64,000 nucleotides of DNA from Vicinamibacteria bacterium (lineage in GTDB: Bacteria > Acidobacteriota > Vicinamibacteria > Marinacidobacterales > Marinacidobacteraceae), in NCBI GenBank assembly GCA_964291235.2, contig OZ219815.1, positions 1 through 64,000 of the forward strand. Reading direction: 5' to 3'. The notes beneath the pieces were generated by a model, which searched no databases, was not told where the DNA came from, and saw nothing but the letters and a program-made list of their open reading frames with translations. Below are positions 1 to 10,865 of this stretch, piece after piece. The stretch's first letter is position 1. Every line of letters starts with the position of its first letter. Both the position numbers and the translations under genes were made by a program.

Positions 1-126
1 TGACGCCGGATACGGAGTCCGAACCAGAGCGGGCTCGCAGAGGCACCCTGGTGGTCGGCTCCAGACAGGGACCTCCGAGGTTCATCGGGGCGCTTCGATG
101 TCGAGCCACTTCGCCAGCGATAAGCC

Positions 127-1716
127 TCAACGGCCCGGACCGTAGTCTCGGTCGCGCTGGCGCATCAGCTCCAGAGCTCGCGCAACGTCGCGGCGAGGCG
201 TCCTCGTAGTCCCGGTCCAAGCGCGTCATTTGCGCGCTGAGCAGCTCGACACGCCGCCGTAAGGGCTTCGACCTGTGCGGCGTGCTGCTCGACTTGCTGC
301 CGCAAGATTCCGCTCTCGGCATCCTGCTGCTCGATGCGCCGCTGCAAGGCTCCGGCCAGCTCGGAGTGCCGCCGCTGCTCCTCGCAGTGCTGCTGCTGTG
401 CCGTCTCGTACTCCTCGGACAACGCCCGCAAGGCGGTCGTCAGTTGCCGTTCCAACTCGGTCATAGAGCTCCCTCACTCGCTCGATAGCTTCAAGGCAGG
501 CCGCCCGCCCACGGTCCAGGGCGGATGGTCCAGCGTCCCGTCCGGCAGCACCACGAAACGCTTGCCGTCGGTCTCCAGCAACGTCAGACCCCAAGTCGTC
601 TCCTCGATCCGGGCCAGGGTCTCGTGCGCCTGCTCGATCTGAACCCTCAGCGTCGCCAGGGTCTCGATCCGGCTGTGGATGCTCGCCGACAGCCAGCGCA
701 TCAGCACCCAGCTCCCACCGCTGATCCCGAGGAAGAGGCTCAGGCCGACCACCAGCGGCCGCAGCCACGCGTTCAGCAGGAGCGACCGAGTCCGTGCGGT
801 CGCCGCCGCCGTATCGGCCTCGATGGTACGCAGCGCGCCGTTCGCGACGGCGCGCAACTTCTCGCCAAGCCGCCTCAGCTCGCTCGCCGCCGTCTCCTCG
901 ATCTGACGGCGGTCGGTCTCCAAGCCGGGCTCCGCAGCCGGGCGCTCAAGTCGTTCGGGTTGGAAGTCATGCTGGTAGAGCGCTCCTTTCAGCCGCCAGC
1001 GTTTCCCGCTCTCCGGGTCGCGGGCGGTCAGGTAGTCCTTGCCCTGGCGGGGCACCTCGAAGCCGGCCTCCTCCAGGGAGGCGACCACGTCGGCGCGGTC
1101 CTTCACTACGCCGTGCTCGACCCGCTGCAGGAGGTAGTCGCGGATCAGCTCACGCGGGCCGGCTTCGTGCTCGAGGCCGGCGCGCAGCTTCTTGGCCTCG
1201 ATGTAGGCGCGATGGCCCGGCTGGTTGCGCCCCGGGCGCGCGCCGGGTCGTCGGGGCGGCTCCAGCCGTGCTGGTGGTTGAAGGCGTCGCGCAGCGCGTC
1301 GAAGGTCTTCTGCCAGCCGGGCGGCGCGATGTTCAGGCTGCGGCCGGTCTCGAGGTCGCAGCGTGCGGTGAGGGACGTGCACATGGACCCCCGTCGCCGT
1401 GCTCGCGGTGGAGGACCGCGGTCCAGGCGTAGCGGTCCGGCTCCAGTCCCGCCCCAGGCCGTCTTCTCGAACTCGTCGAGGACGGCCCCGATCTGCGCGT
1501 CGGTCGGCCGGTCGTCCGGCGCCCAGCTGATCACGAGCGACCGGTACTTGTGCTCGAAGTCCAGCGAGTCGGCGACGGCGGCCACCAGGTGCGGGTTCCC
1601 GCGCAGGACCTCGATGCCGGGCCGCACCTGCCCGGCGGCGTCGCGTTTCCCCGACGAGATAGTCGGCCGCCGTCCGGGCCGAGCCGGCGCCGCCACCGAG
1701 GAAACCTAATGTGCAT
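127..1716 (-). CDS. MbeA/MobA-like MOBP relaxase, multiply frameshifted
   Basis: Stitched frames: MHIRF..GSARTAADYLVG (catalytic Tyr), VLRGNP, KYRSLVISW, H..GVHVHV (HUH), NIAPPG, RLKGALY; C-terminus MRQRDRDYGPGR* ends at 127. Confidence 0.8.
165..464 (-). CDS. MbeD/MobD-like mobilization protein, overlapping the relaxase C-terminus
   Basis: N-terminus MTELERQLTTALRAL resembles ColE1 MbeD (MTELE..LL.AL); coiled coil; position after the MbeB-like gene. Confidence 0.7.
   Translation of the reverse strand: MTELERQLTTALRALSEEYETAQQQHCEEQRRHSELAGALQRRIEQQDAESGILRQQVEQHAAQVEALTAACRAAQRANDALGPGLRGRLAATLRELWS
474..970 (-). CDS. MbeB/MobB-like membrane-anchored mobilization protein (frameshift near 925), nested in the relaxase gene
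   Basis: ATG at 970 with GAAAGGAG upstream; MTSNPNDLSARLRS joins LETDRRQIEE...; TM segment WLRPLVVGLSLFLGISGGSWVLM followed by a coiled coil and TWG. Confidence 0.65.
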
Positions 1717-2047
1717 CGGCGTCCTCTCCGTCGGGGGCGGGCCAGGGCGAGCAGGGATCGCTCGACCGACACCAGGCGGGCGATAACCTCGACTGCCTCG
1801 ACTTTCGAGGCATGGGTGTTCGCCCAGCGCGCGAGGCTGGTTCAGGTTTGTTGCCGATGCGGGCAACCTGCCGGGTGCGCTCGCGCTCGATGGCGGCTCC
1901 CGCCGCCGTCCACGTCCGGGTCCGCGCCATGGCCTGCCGCAGCAGGTCGGACAGCGGCACGCCGACGGTCGCCGCCTTGGCGCGCCAGGAGGCGAGCTCC
2001 GCTGGCGACAGGCGGACGTGGGCTCTCACGGTGCGGCGCTCAGCCAT
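1706..2047 (-). CDS. mobC: MobC/MbeC relaxosome accessory protein (RHH), internal compensating frameshifts
   Basis: VRLSPAEL..W..KA...GVPLSDLLR plus ARIGN-NLNQ-LARWAN signature after frame correction; overlaps the relaxase start. Confidence 0.85.
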   Translation of the reverse strand: MAERRTVRAHVRLSPAELASWRAKAATVGVPLSDLLRQAMARTRTWTAAGAAIERERTRQVARIGNKPEPASRAGRTPMPRKSRQSRLSPAWCRSSDPCSPWPAPDGEDADAH

Positions 2048-2132
2048 GCGCGCACCGTTCGGGGGGTTTGGGGGGCGGCGCCCCCCGTCCGTCCGCTGCT
2101 CCGGCAGCGGCGCGGGATGCAGGGGGTTCGAA

Positions 2133-2190
2133 GGGGGGCGCAGCCTCCCCTCGCCAGCACCAATGTACGCACATTGGGTCGGCTGGCTCC
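2133..2190. promoter_or_regulatory. Putative oriT (ColE1-like)
   Basis: GGGGCGCAGCC...CTGGCT framing as in ColE1 bom/nic; inverted repeat CCAATGT-acgc-ACATTGG; lies just upstream of mobC. Confidence 0.6.
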
Positions 2191-2371
2191 CGTACCCTAG
2201 TGGGCATGCCGGCGCCTACCCCGAGGCCCCCGACGGCGACGCGAGTCCGGCGACCAGCGTCGGCAGCCTATCGGGAGACAGCCTGCAAGGGGACGGCCCG
2301 GCCGTCCCCAGCCACAGCCGCCCCAGCCCCTCCGGGGCTTGGGAGACTCCCTGCCGCGTGCATCACACGGG

Positions 2372-3703
2372 TCAGTGAGCGATCCCAAATCGCGTTTCCC
2401 GCCGCGGCGGGGACACCGGAAGCCGGCAACGGCTGGCCGGACCCCCGCTCGATCCGTGACGGCCACCCGTGGCCAGTTCGTCGATCCGGTCCGCGATCCG
2501 CTGCGCCGGCTCGCGCAACTGCTCCACGCTCCAGTCCGCCGCGTAGCTCTCGGTGACGTCACTCCCCGCGGGCGTGGTTCACCAGCCGCTTCGTCAGCGA
2601 CCGCGGCAGCATCAGCTCCCGCTCCGCAACCGTGATGAACACGTTCCGGAGCCCGTGGAACCAGAACTTGATCCCCGCCGCCCGGCTGATCCGGCGGTAG
2701 AGATGTTGCAGGCTCCACGACGTGGCCCGACCCGCCACTCGACGGGAACACCCACGGCGAAGCGCCGCCGTTGCCGGCGCGGGCCGCCAGCCGCCGCCGC
2801 TCGACGAGGGCGGCCAGTTGCCGGGTGATCGGCAGCTCCAGCGGCTCGCCCGTCTTCGTGGCCTCCACCCGGAAGATCCGCCGCTCCAGGTCCACCCGGT
2901 CCCAGCAGAGCCCCATGATCTCGCCCCGGCGCATTCCCGTATACATCCCGAACCGGAAGATGTCCCGCGTCCGCCGCAACGCTCACCTCGGCCTCGATGG
3001 CCGCCCACCAGCGCGGCAGCGTCTCGGCGGGCGTCGAGATCCGGCGGCGCACCGCGCGGTGGTAGCGCCCCCCCCGCCGGCGAGCCAGAGGTCCACGGGA
3101 TTGCGCAGCGTCTCGTGGTCCACGCACGGCCGCCGGTTACAACCGAGCGCAGCAGCGCGATGACGTGGTTGGCCACCGCCCAGCCGTTCCGCTGCGACAC
3201 GCGGTGGAACCGCGCCTCCACGTCCCGGCGCGTGATCGTGTCCAGAGGCCGCGCCAGCCAGTCGCCGAGGCAGTAGCGCATCTGGCTCTGGTAGAGCGCC
3301 TCGGTGGTGGCCTTCCGGTTGGGGTTCGCCGTCAGGTACTCCTCGAACGCCTCCCGGAGGATCGGCATGCCGCGGCTGTCGGCCCGCTCCTGCGCGGGGT
3401 CCTCGCCCCCGCGCCACGCGCCCCAACAGCTGCTGGGCCAACCGGCGGGCCTCGTCGGGGGCCAGGTGGCCGCAGCGCCCGATGGCGATGCGGCGGTTCC
3501 GCGCCTTCCGGCCGCCGCTTCCGATGCGGTAGTTGATGAGGAACGACTTCGCCCCCGAGGGCTGGACGCGCACCCCCGAAGCCGACCAGCCGGTCGTCCC
3601 AGGCGATCCAGGGCCTGTCGGCGGGCTGGAGGTTGTCGACCGTCCGCTTGGTCAGGGTCAGCTTGAGTTTCGCGGTTCGTTTTCCGGGGGTGGTCGTCGT
3701 CAT
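2372..3703 (-). CDS. Arm-type (DUF4102/P4-like) tyrosine integrase, multiply frameshifted
   Basis: LTKRTVDNL..WDDRLVGFGVRV.PSGAKSF arm domain; TGMRRGEI, TKTG, FHGLR, LVNH, DVTESY catalytic residues spread over several frames. Confidence 0.9.
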
Positions 3704-4307
3704 GCGTCGAGTCTTGGCCGGAGCCGGAAGGCCGGTGCAACCCCCGCGTCAACACTTCGCGTCCGATACCCGGACGGTCGGGGACACGGGGGAACCGGTG
3801 TCCGAAGGGGCCGCCTCAACGCATCGCTAAATCGTTGTCCCCCCTGCCCGTTACGGCGCATCGCCGAAACCCCTGTATCACGTTCCATATCACTGGTGCG
3901 GTACGCCGCCCGCCGCCCGTAAGCAGGCACCCGCCGAATTTCCCTGGTCCCCGCGCCGTCCCAGCGGCAACGCGGCGTCCGCAGGCCGTGAATGCCGGCC
4001 GTCCTCACAGTGCCTGGGTGCGCCGCACCGTGTTTCTAACCGGTTTTGCCCGAAAAGGACCGGTATCGCTCGCCCAAATCGGCCGAATGCGCCCGCTGCG
4101 GCCGGAAACCAACGCCCCCCAACCTGGAGCCCCACCCCCTCCCAGCCCGCGACGGAGTCACCCGAGACCACGATCCAGTTGATTCCGTGTTGATCCCGGA
4201 GATTCCTGCCGGCTCCCGCACCCAGACCGATGGCGTGGAGAGAAGTGGCTGCCGGAGCGAAATCCGGGCGCTACGAGGACGGGTCCTTCCTCACCCCCAG
4301 CACCGTA

Positions 4308-4346
4308 CAAAGAAAGAACCCCGAGGCCGAATGGCCCCGGGGTTCC
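4308..4346 (-). terminator. Rho-independent terminator of the large lipoprotein gene
   Basis: GAACCCCGGGGCC-attc-GGCCTCGGGGTTC followed by TTTCTTT on the minus strand, ~40 bp after the stop. Confidence 0.75.
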
Positions 4347-4387
4347 CGTTTGATTCAGATCAGACGAATCTCAGGAGACGCAGATCC

Positions 4388-6482
<2,095 letters not shown>

Positions 6483-6950
6483 TTCGCCTACCTCCTGTAG
6501 GGCGTTTTGGGACAGGTCCAGACCCCACAAGGGGTCAAGCGCCGTCTCGTGTGATTCTTTCCTACCTCCAGTAGGACAGGAATAACCGATGCGTTCCCGC
6601 ACCCGTCATCCGAGCGGCAAGTATATGCGCGGTCGGATCAAGGGGCAAGAACCCATTTTGGAAAGCATTCGCACGAGCCGGGGCCAAAGACCGGACATGG
6701 GTGCGCTGGGTAAGCATGCGCGCTAACTCCATCACACCCGTTTTGGGAAAGTCAAGAAGAAAAGACCGGTAAGAGAGACTTACCTCGCCGCTGAAGCGCG
6801 GCGTGAGCGACCGGAATATACACGTTCCAGCCGGCCGGCGGGAGCCGAAATCGGGAAACGACGCGTTCTCCCGTGGGAGACCAACGAATGACCGACAGCG
6901 GGTTCCTTGGCCGCCTTGGGGCCGGCGCCCGTCCGGAAGGACGGGCCGCG

Positions 6951-7024
6951 TCGGGGCGGCAGGATTTGAACCTGCGACCCCCTGATCCCGAACCAGGTGC
7001 TCTGCCAGACTGAGCCACGCCCCG
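6951..7024 (-). tRNA. tRNA-Pro(CGG), CCA not encoded
   Basis: CGGGGCGTGGCTCAGTCTGG..CCTGG-TT-CGG-GA-TCAGG..GGTTCAAATCC. Confidence 0.95.
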
Positions 7025-7068
7025 GCGGCCGGAGGGGATTGTAGCGGCGGGAAAAGGAATTTCGGCCC

Positions 7069-7335
7069 AGGAGCGCCGGCCTCCAGGAGCGCCGGCCTCC
7101 GGCCGGCATCGCCGAGCGAAGCGAGGCGAAACTCCCAAACCGGATCCGCCCCCACCGCCCGGACCTGATCCGTGACGGCGAAGACCCCGACGCGCCAGGA
7201 GCGCCGACACCACGGGCGTTGCGCTGTCCCCGTTTAGGTTGCCGCCATCAAGAGCGACTAAGTCAGGGAGTTTCGCGACCTGCGGCCGCGATGCCGGTCT
7301 GGAGGCCCCCACCGGGAGAACTGGCCGGCGCTCCC
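7069..7335. repeat. Composite REP-headed unit (family A), closed by an inverted REP
   Basis: GGAGCGCCGGCCTCCGGCCGGCATC..GCGAAACTCCCA..GTGACGGCGAAGACCCCG..TCCCCGTTT..GAGTTTCGC, shared with units at 23354, 23571, 24403 and 25093. Confidence 0.8.
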
Positions 7336-7342
7336 TTTCCTG

Positions 7343-7850
7343 TGCGCCGTGGGGCTGGAGGGGGTCTGTCCCGCCGCCCGCCTACGGCGGGCTGTGCCGA
7401 TCTGGAGATCGGCGTTCCCGTGCCGGGGGTGCTGTGGGGGTTGATGGGGCGATGTGCGTTTCGCTCCCCGGCGGGGAGCGATGCCGGCCGGAGGCCGGCC
7501 CAGTTGTCCCGCTGGGGGTTCCTTTTTCTGTGCGCCGTGGGGCTGGAGGGGGTGTGGTGCCGCGGGCGGGCACACGAGCGTTGCGCCGTCGCCGTTTGGA
7601 AAGGGGCGCGAGGAGAGTAGGAGCGCCGTGGGGCTGGAGGGGGTCTGTCCCGCCGCCCGCCTACGGCGGGCTGTGCCGATCTGGAGATCGGCGTTCCCGT
7701 GCCGGGGGTGCTGTGGGGGTTGATGGGCGATGTGCGTTTCGCTCCCCGGCGGGGAGCGATGCCGGCCGGAGGCCGGCGCTCCTTTTCCTGCGCGCCGTGG
7801 GGCTGGAGCGGGTGTGGTGCCGCGGGCGGGCACACGAGCGTTGCGCCGTT
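7343..7850 (-). repeat. Two-copy ~279 bp tandem duplication containing GATC-type and GGCC-type REPs
   Basis: 7343-~7590 is repeated at 7623-7850. Confidence 0.9.
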
Positions 7851-7870
7851 CTCGGCTTGCGCGAAAAAAT

Positions 7871-8004
7871 GGCAGCGAACTTTGTTCGCTGCCGGCGTGA
7901 CCGGGGGGAATGTGTGAAAGGGGGGCACCCCCCTTTCACAAGAAGGCAACTACGAACCGGAACTCGCCGAAGCGCGCACCAGCGCGCGAGGGAGTTGCGG
8001 TTCG
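7871..8004 (+). repeat. Three-hairpin element, copy 1
   Basis: GGCAGCGAAC/GTTCGCTGCC, TGTGAAAGGGG/CCCCTTTCACA and a third long stem; homologous to 34786 and 44562. Confidence 0.8.
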
Positions 8005-8105
8005 CGGCACGAAGTGCCGGGCGGTTCGGGAGCGGGGGTCGGACGGGCTACATCACTGCGATCCGCAGCTGGTTCGGCAGATACCCCCGCTCCCGAACCG
8101 CTCAG

Positions 8106-8182
8106 TGGTCGGGACGGCCGGATTTGAACCGACGACCACTTGCACCCCAAGCAAGTGCGCTACCAGACTGCGCCACGTCCCG
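8106..8182 (-). tRNA. tRNA-Pro(GGG)
   Basis: Cloverleaf; CTTGC-TT-GGG-GT-GCAAG; encoded CCA; typical position after ihf-merR. Confidence 0.95.
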
Positions 8183-8198
8183 ACGAGTCGGGCGGATT

Positions 8199-8612
8199 CT
8201 ATTCGTCGAGGGCAGCGAGACGCTTGTCGTTCTCGTCCATGAGATCGAGCGCGTCCTGCACCCGCTGCAGGGCCTTGGGCGAAAGGCGCGGCGGGTCGGG
8301 TTTCGGGGGCGGCGGCGGAGGCGGTCTCGGAACGGCCCCGGCGCGCTTGCCGCTCTTCGCGCTCAGCAGCCGCCGGGCGCCGGCGGTGGTGTATCCCTCG
8401 CTGTGCAGCAGACGCTGGATGGTGTGCACCATCTCGATGTCTTCCTTGCGATAGAGACGCTGGCCCGAATCGTTCTTCTTGGGGCTGAGCGTCGGGAACT
8501 CCATTTCCCAGTGCCGGAGGGTGTACGGCTGCACCCCGGTGATTTCACTCACCTCGCCGATCCGGAAATACAGCTTGTTCGGGATCTGGAGCCCGCCGTC
8601 CCTGGTCGCCAT
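8199..8612 (-). CDS. MerR-family transcriptional regulator
   Basis: IPNKLYFRIGEVSEITGVQPYTLRHWEMEF..GQRLYR. Confidence 0.92.
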   Translation of the reverse strand: MATRDGGLQIPNKLYFRIGEVSEITGVQPYTLRHWEMEFPTLSPKKNDSGQRLYRKEDIEMVHTIQRLLHSEGYTTAGARRLLSAKSGKRAGAVPRPPPPPPPKPDPPRLSPKALQRVQDALDLMDENDKRLAALDE

Positions 8613-8899
8613 CAGGACTGAAGACTCTGCAGCAGCCCGCGCGCGGGGCGGAAGAACGGCGTCCGGTGGGCCGCGGAGACGAAAACCCGCCCGGTGCGGA
8701 GGTCGCCGCCGCGCCGGGGTCGACGGAAGCGGACCTCGAGCGACCCGAAGCGCCGGATCCGCAGCGCACTCCCGGTGACCAGACCGTCGGCGGCGCTCTC
8801 GAAGATGGTGTCCACGATCCGCAGGGCTTCGGCGCCGGTGACGCCCCCGTGGAAGCTCCGGACGGCCTCGGCCAGATCCGCCTTGTTCAATGTGTGCAC
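8612..8899 (-). CDS. IHF/HU-family DNA-binding protein (IHF-alpha position, divergent)
   Basis: LNKADL..IVDTIFE..IRRFGSLEV..FRPA; directly upstream of merR. Confidence 0.8.
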   Translation of the reverse strand: MHTLNKADLAEAVRSFHGGVTGAEALRIVDTIFESAADGLVTGSALRIRRFGSLEVRFRRPRRGGDLRTGRVFVSAAHRTPFFRPARGLLQSLQS

Positions 8900-8966
8900 C
8901 CGTTCGGCCTTTCGTTTCCGTTACGGGAAGAAAGCCCTCCTGAATTTTACGGCAGCGGCGCCGGCC

Positions 8967-10325
8967 CTACCGCTTCAGTTTCTTCTTGTACTCCAGCGTG
9001 ACCCGGACCGGAGAGCCGGCGAAACCGTAGCGGCGGCGCAACTCGCCGACGAGAAAGCGCGGGTACGACGCCAGAATGTCCGCCCGGGGACAGTTCGTGA
9101 ACACCCGGAACCGGGGCGGCGCCACCCCCGACTGGAACCCGTAGAGCAGCTTCACCTCCTTGCCGCGGCGCGAGCGGGGGGCGAACCGCTCCGAGGCCCG
9201 CGCCAGGAACCGGTTCACCTCCGGAGTCGGAATCCGCTTGTTCCCCTCCGCCGCCACCTGGAACAGCGGCTTCCAGATCGCCGCCACCCCCTGCCCACTC
9301 AGCGCCGAAATCCGGAGGATGGGCGCGTGGCGGATGTGCCGCAGGCGCTCCCGAACGTCGAGGCGGAGTTCCCCCCAGCGCGCCGCGCGGGAAGTCACCA
9401 GGTCCCAGCGGTTCAGGAGGATCACCACCGAACAACCCGCATCCTCGATCAATCGGGCGATCTGGGCGTCCCGGGCGGTAGGTCCCTTGACCGCATCCGT
9501 AATTAATAAGGATGTACGCGCACGACGGATGGCTTTCTCGGACATCAGCACCGCGAGGGCGTCCGCCTCCTCGAATGCATCCAGCGAGCGGCGCCGGGCG
9601 CCGCGCCGGATCCCGGCGGTGTCCACCAGCACCACTTCGCGGCCGCCCACCACCAGCCGCTCGTCCACCGGGTCGCGCGTCGTTCCCGCCACCGCCGAGA
9701 CGAGGGCCCGTTCGTAGCCCACCAGCCGGTTCAACAGGGTGGACTTGCCGACGTTCGCGCGGCCCACGATCGCCACCCGGAGCGCCTCGTCCTCCCCGGC
9801 GGCGGAGTCCGGGGGCGCCGGGGCCGGATCGCGGTCCAGGATCTCGACCATCCGGTCGAGCACCTCCGCAACCCCGAGCCCGTGCTCGGCGGAGACCGGA
9901 AACGGGTCGCCGAGCCCAAGGGCGTGGAACTCGGCGGCGCCGGCCTCGTGGATCCCCTCGGCCTTGTTCGCGACCAGCACCACCGGGGGGGCGGCCGGCT
10001 GCCGGCGGAGCGCCCCGGCGAGCTCCTCGTCCGCGGGGGTCAGTCCCGCTCTGGCATCCACCAGGAAGACGACCATGTCGCTGCGGGCCGCGGTGCGCTC
10101 GGCGAGAGCGCGGATTTCGCGGGCAAAGAGCGAGGCGTCCGGCGCCCCCGCCCCGCCGGTGTCGTGGAGACGGAAGCTGACGCCCTGCCACTCCACCGTC
10201 TCCAGCCGGCCGTCCCGGGTCGAACCGGGACGGGCGTGGACGATGGCGGGACGGCCGCCCACGATCCGGTTGAAGAGCGTGGATTTTCCGACGTTCGGCC
10301 GGCCGAAGAGCGCCGCGACCTTCAT
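8967..10325 (-). CDS. der: Ribosome biogenesis GTPase Der/EngA
   Basis: Two G domains: GRPNVGKS/DTGG/NKAE and GRANVGKS/DTAG. Confidence 0.96.
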   Translation of the reverse strand: MKVAALFGRPNVGKSTLFNRIVGGRPAIVHARPGSTRDGRLETVEWQGVSFRLHDTGGAGAPDASLFAREIRALAERTAARSDMVVFLVDARAGLTPADEELAGALRRQPAAPPVVLVANKAEGIHEAGAAEFHALGLGDPFPVSAEHGLGVAEVLDRMVEILDRDPAPAPPDSAAGEDEALRVAIVGRANVGKSTLLNRLVGYERALVSAVAGTTRDPVDERLVVGGREVVLVDTAGIRRGARRRSLDAFEEADALAVLMSEKAIRRARTSLLITDAVKGPTARDAQIARLIEDAGCSVVILLNRWDLVTSRAARWGELRLDVRERLRHIRHAPILRISALSGQGVAAIWKPLFQVAAEGNKRIPTPEVNRFLARASERFAPRSRRGKEVKLLYGFQSGVAPPRFRVFTNCPRADILASYPRFLVGELRRRYGFAGSPVRVTLEYKKKLKR

Positions 10326-10389
10326 CCGGCTCTCCCGCGACCCAGCCGGCGGGCGGGGCTACGCCCGGGTGGATTCAGGAAACGGCGTT

Positions 10390-10659
10390 TCAGGAGATAC
10401 CGCGGAGGTTCTGCCCGGGACGGAAGCGCACCACGCGTCCCCGCGGGATGCCGACCGGTTCGCCGGTGCGCGGATTGCGCGCCACCCCCGTTTTCCGGGG
10501 CGCGGCGTGGAAAACACCGAAACGTCGCAAAACAACGCGATGTCCCTGTTCGAGACCCACCCGCAGTCCCTCGAAAAGCGCCTCTACGGCATCGCGAGCG
10601 TCCTGGGCGGACAAATCCGTAGCCGCCATCGCCCGATTGATGAGGTCTGCCTTCACCAT
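10390..10659 (-). CDS. HU/IHF-family DNA-binding protein
   Basis: MVKADLIN..RRFGVF..RKTGVARNPRTG..VRFRPG. Confidence 0.92.
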   Translation of the reverse strand: MVKADLINRAMAATDLSAQDARDAVEALFEGLRVGLEQGHRVVLRRFGVFHAAPRKTGVARNPRTGEPVGIPRGRVVRFRPGQNLRGIS

Positions 10660-10865
10660 GGCGGGCGCATGGTATGCGAAACGCAACACGCCTGTCGCAT
10701 GCCATGCTCAACTCCAAACGGCGGCGGCGGACTGGTCGGCGAACACTCGAAAATCCGTCTGTAATGCGCTCGTTACAGACCGCGCGCCACGCCCTTGCCA
10801 AGATTCTGACTCTCGGTAGGCTTCGACGTTTCTTACCGGGAGGATAGACAAAAGGCTCCCGTTTC

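Larger units (their letters stand above)
127..3760 (-). mobile_element. Integrative mobilizable element (tyrosine integrase + ColE1-like MOBP mob module); boundaries not resolved, may extend left of the window
   Basis: Co-oriented integrase, oriT-like site, MobC, relaxase and MbeB/MbeD-like genes. Confidence 0.8.

Noticed and set aside
3704-4300. att site or tRNA fragment bounding the integrative element
   Set aside because: I found no tRNA 3' duplication or recognisable core; the nearest tRNA is ~3 kb away beyond an unrelated gene.
6725-6760. Sigma70 promoter for the lipoprotein (TTGACT on the minus strand)
   Set aside because: No convincing -10 at 16-18 bp spacing.
6862-6880. Additional copy of the 18-nt motif (GTTCTCCCGTGGGA)
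   Set aside because: Only a partial match with an indel; could be chance.
7913-7940. CRP/FNR site (TGTGA...TCACA)
   Set aside because: The spacer is far longer than 6 bp and is itself paired; it is part of a hairpin repeat.
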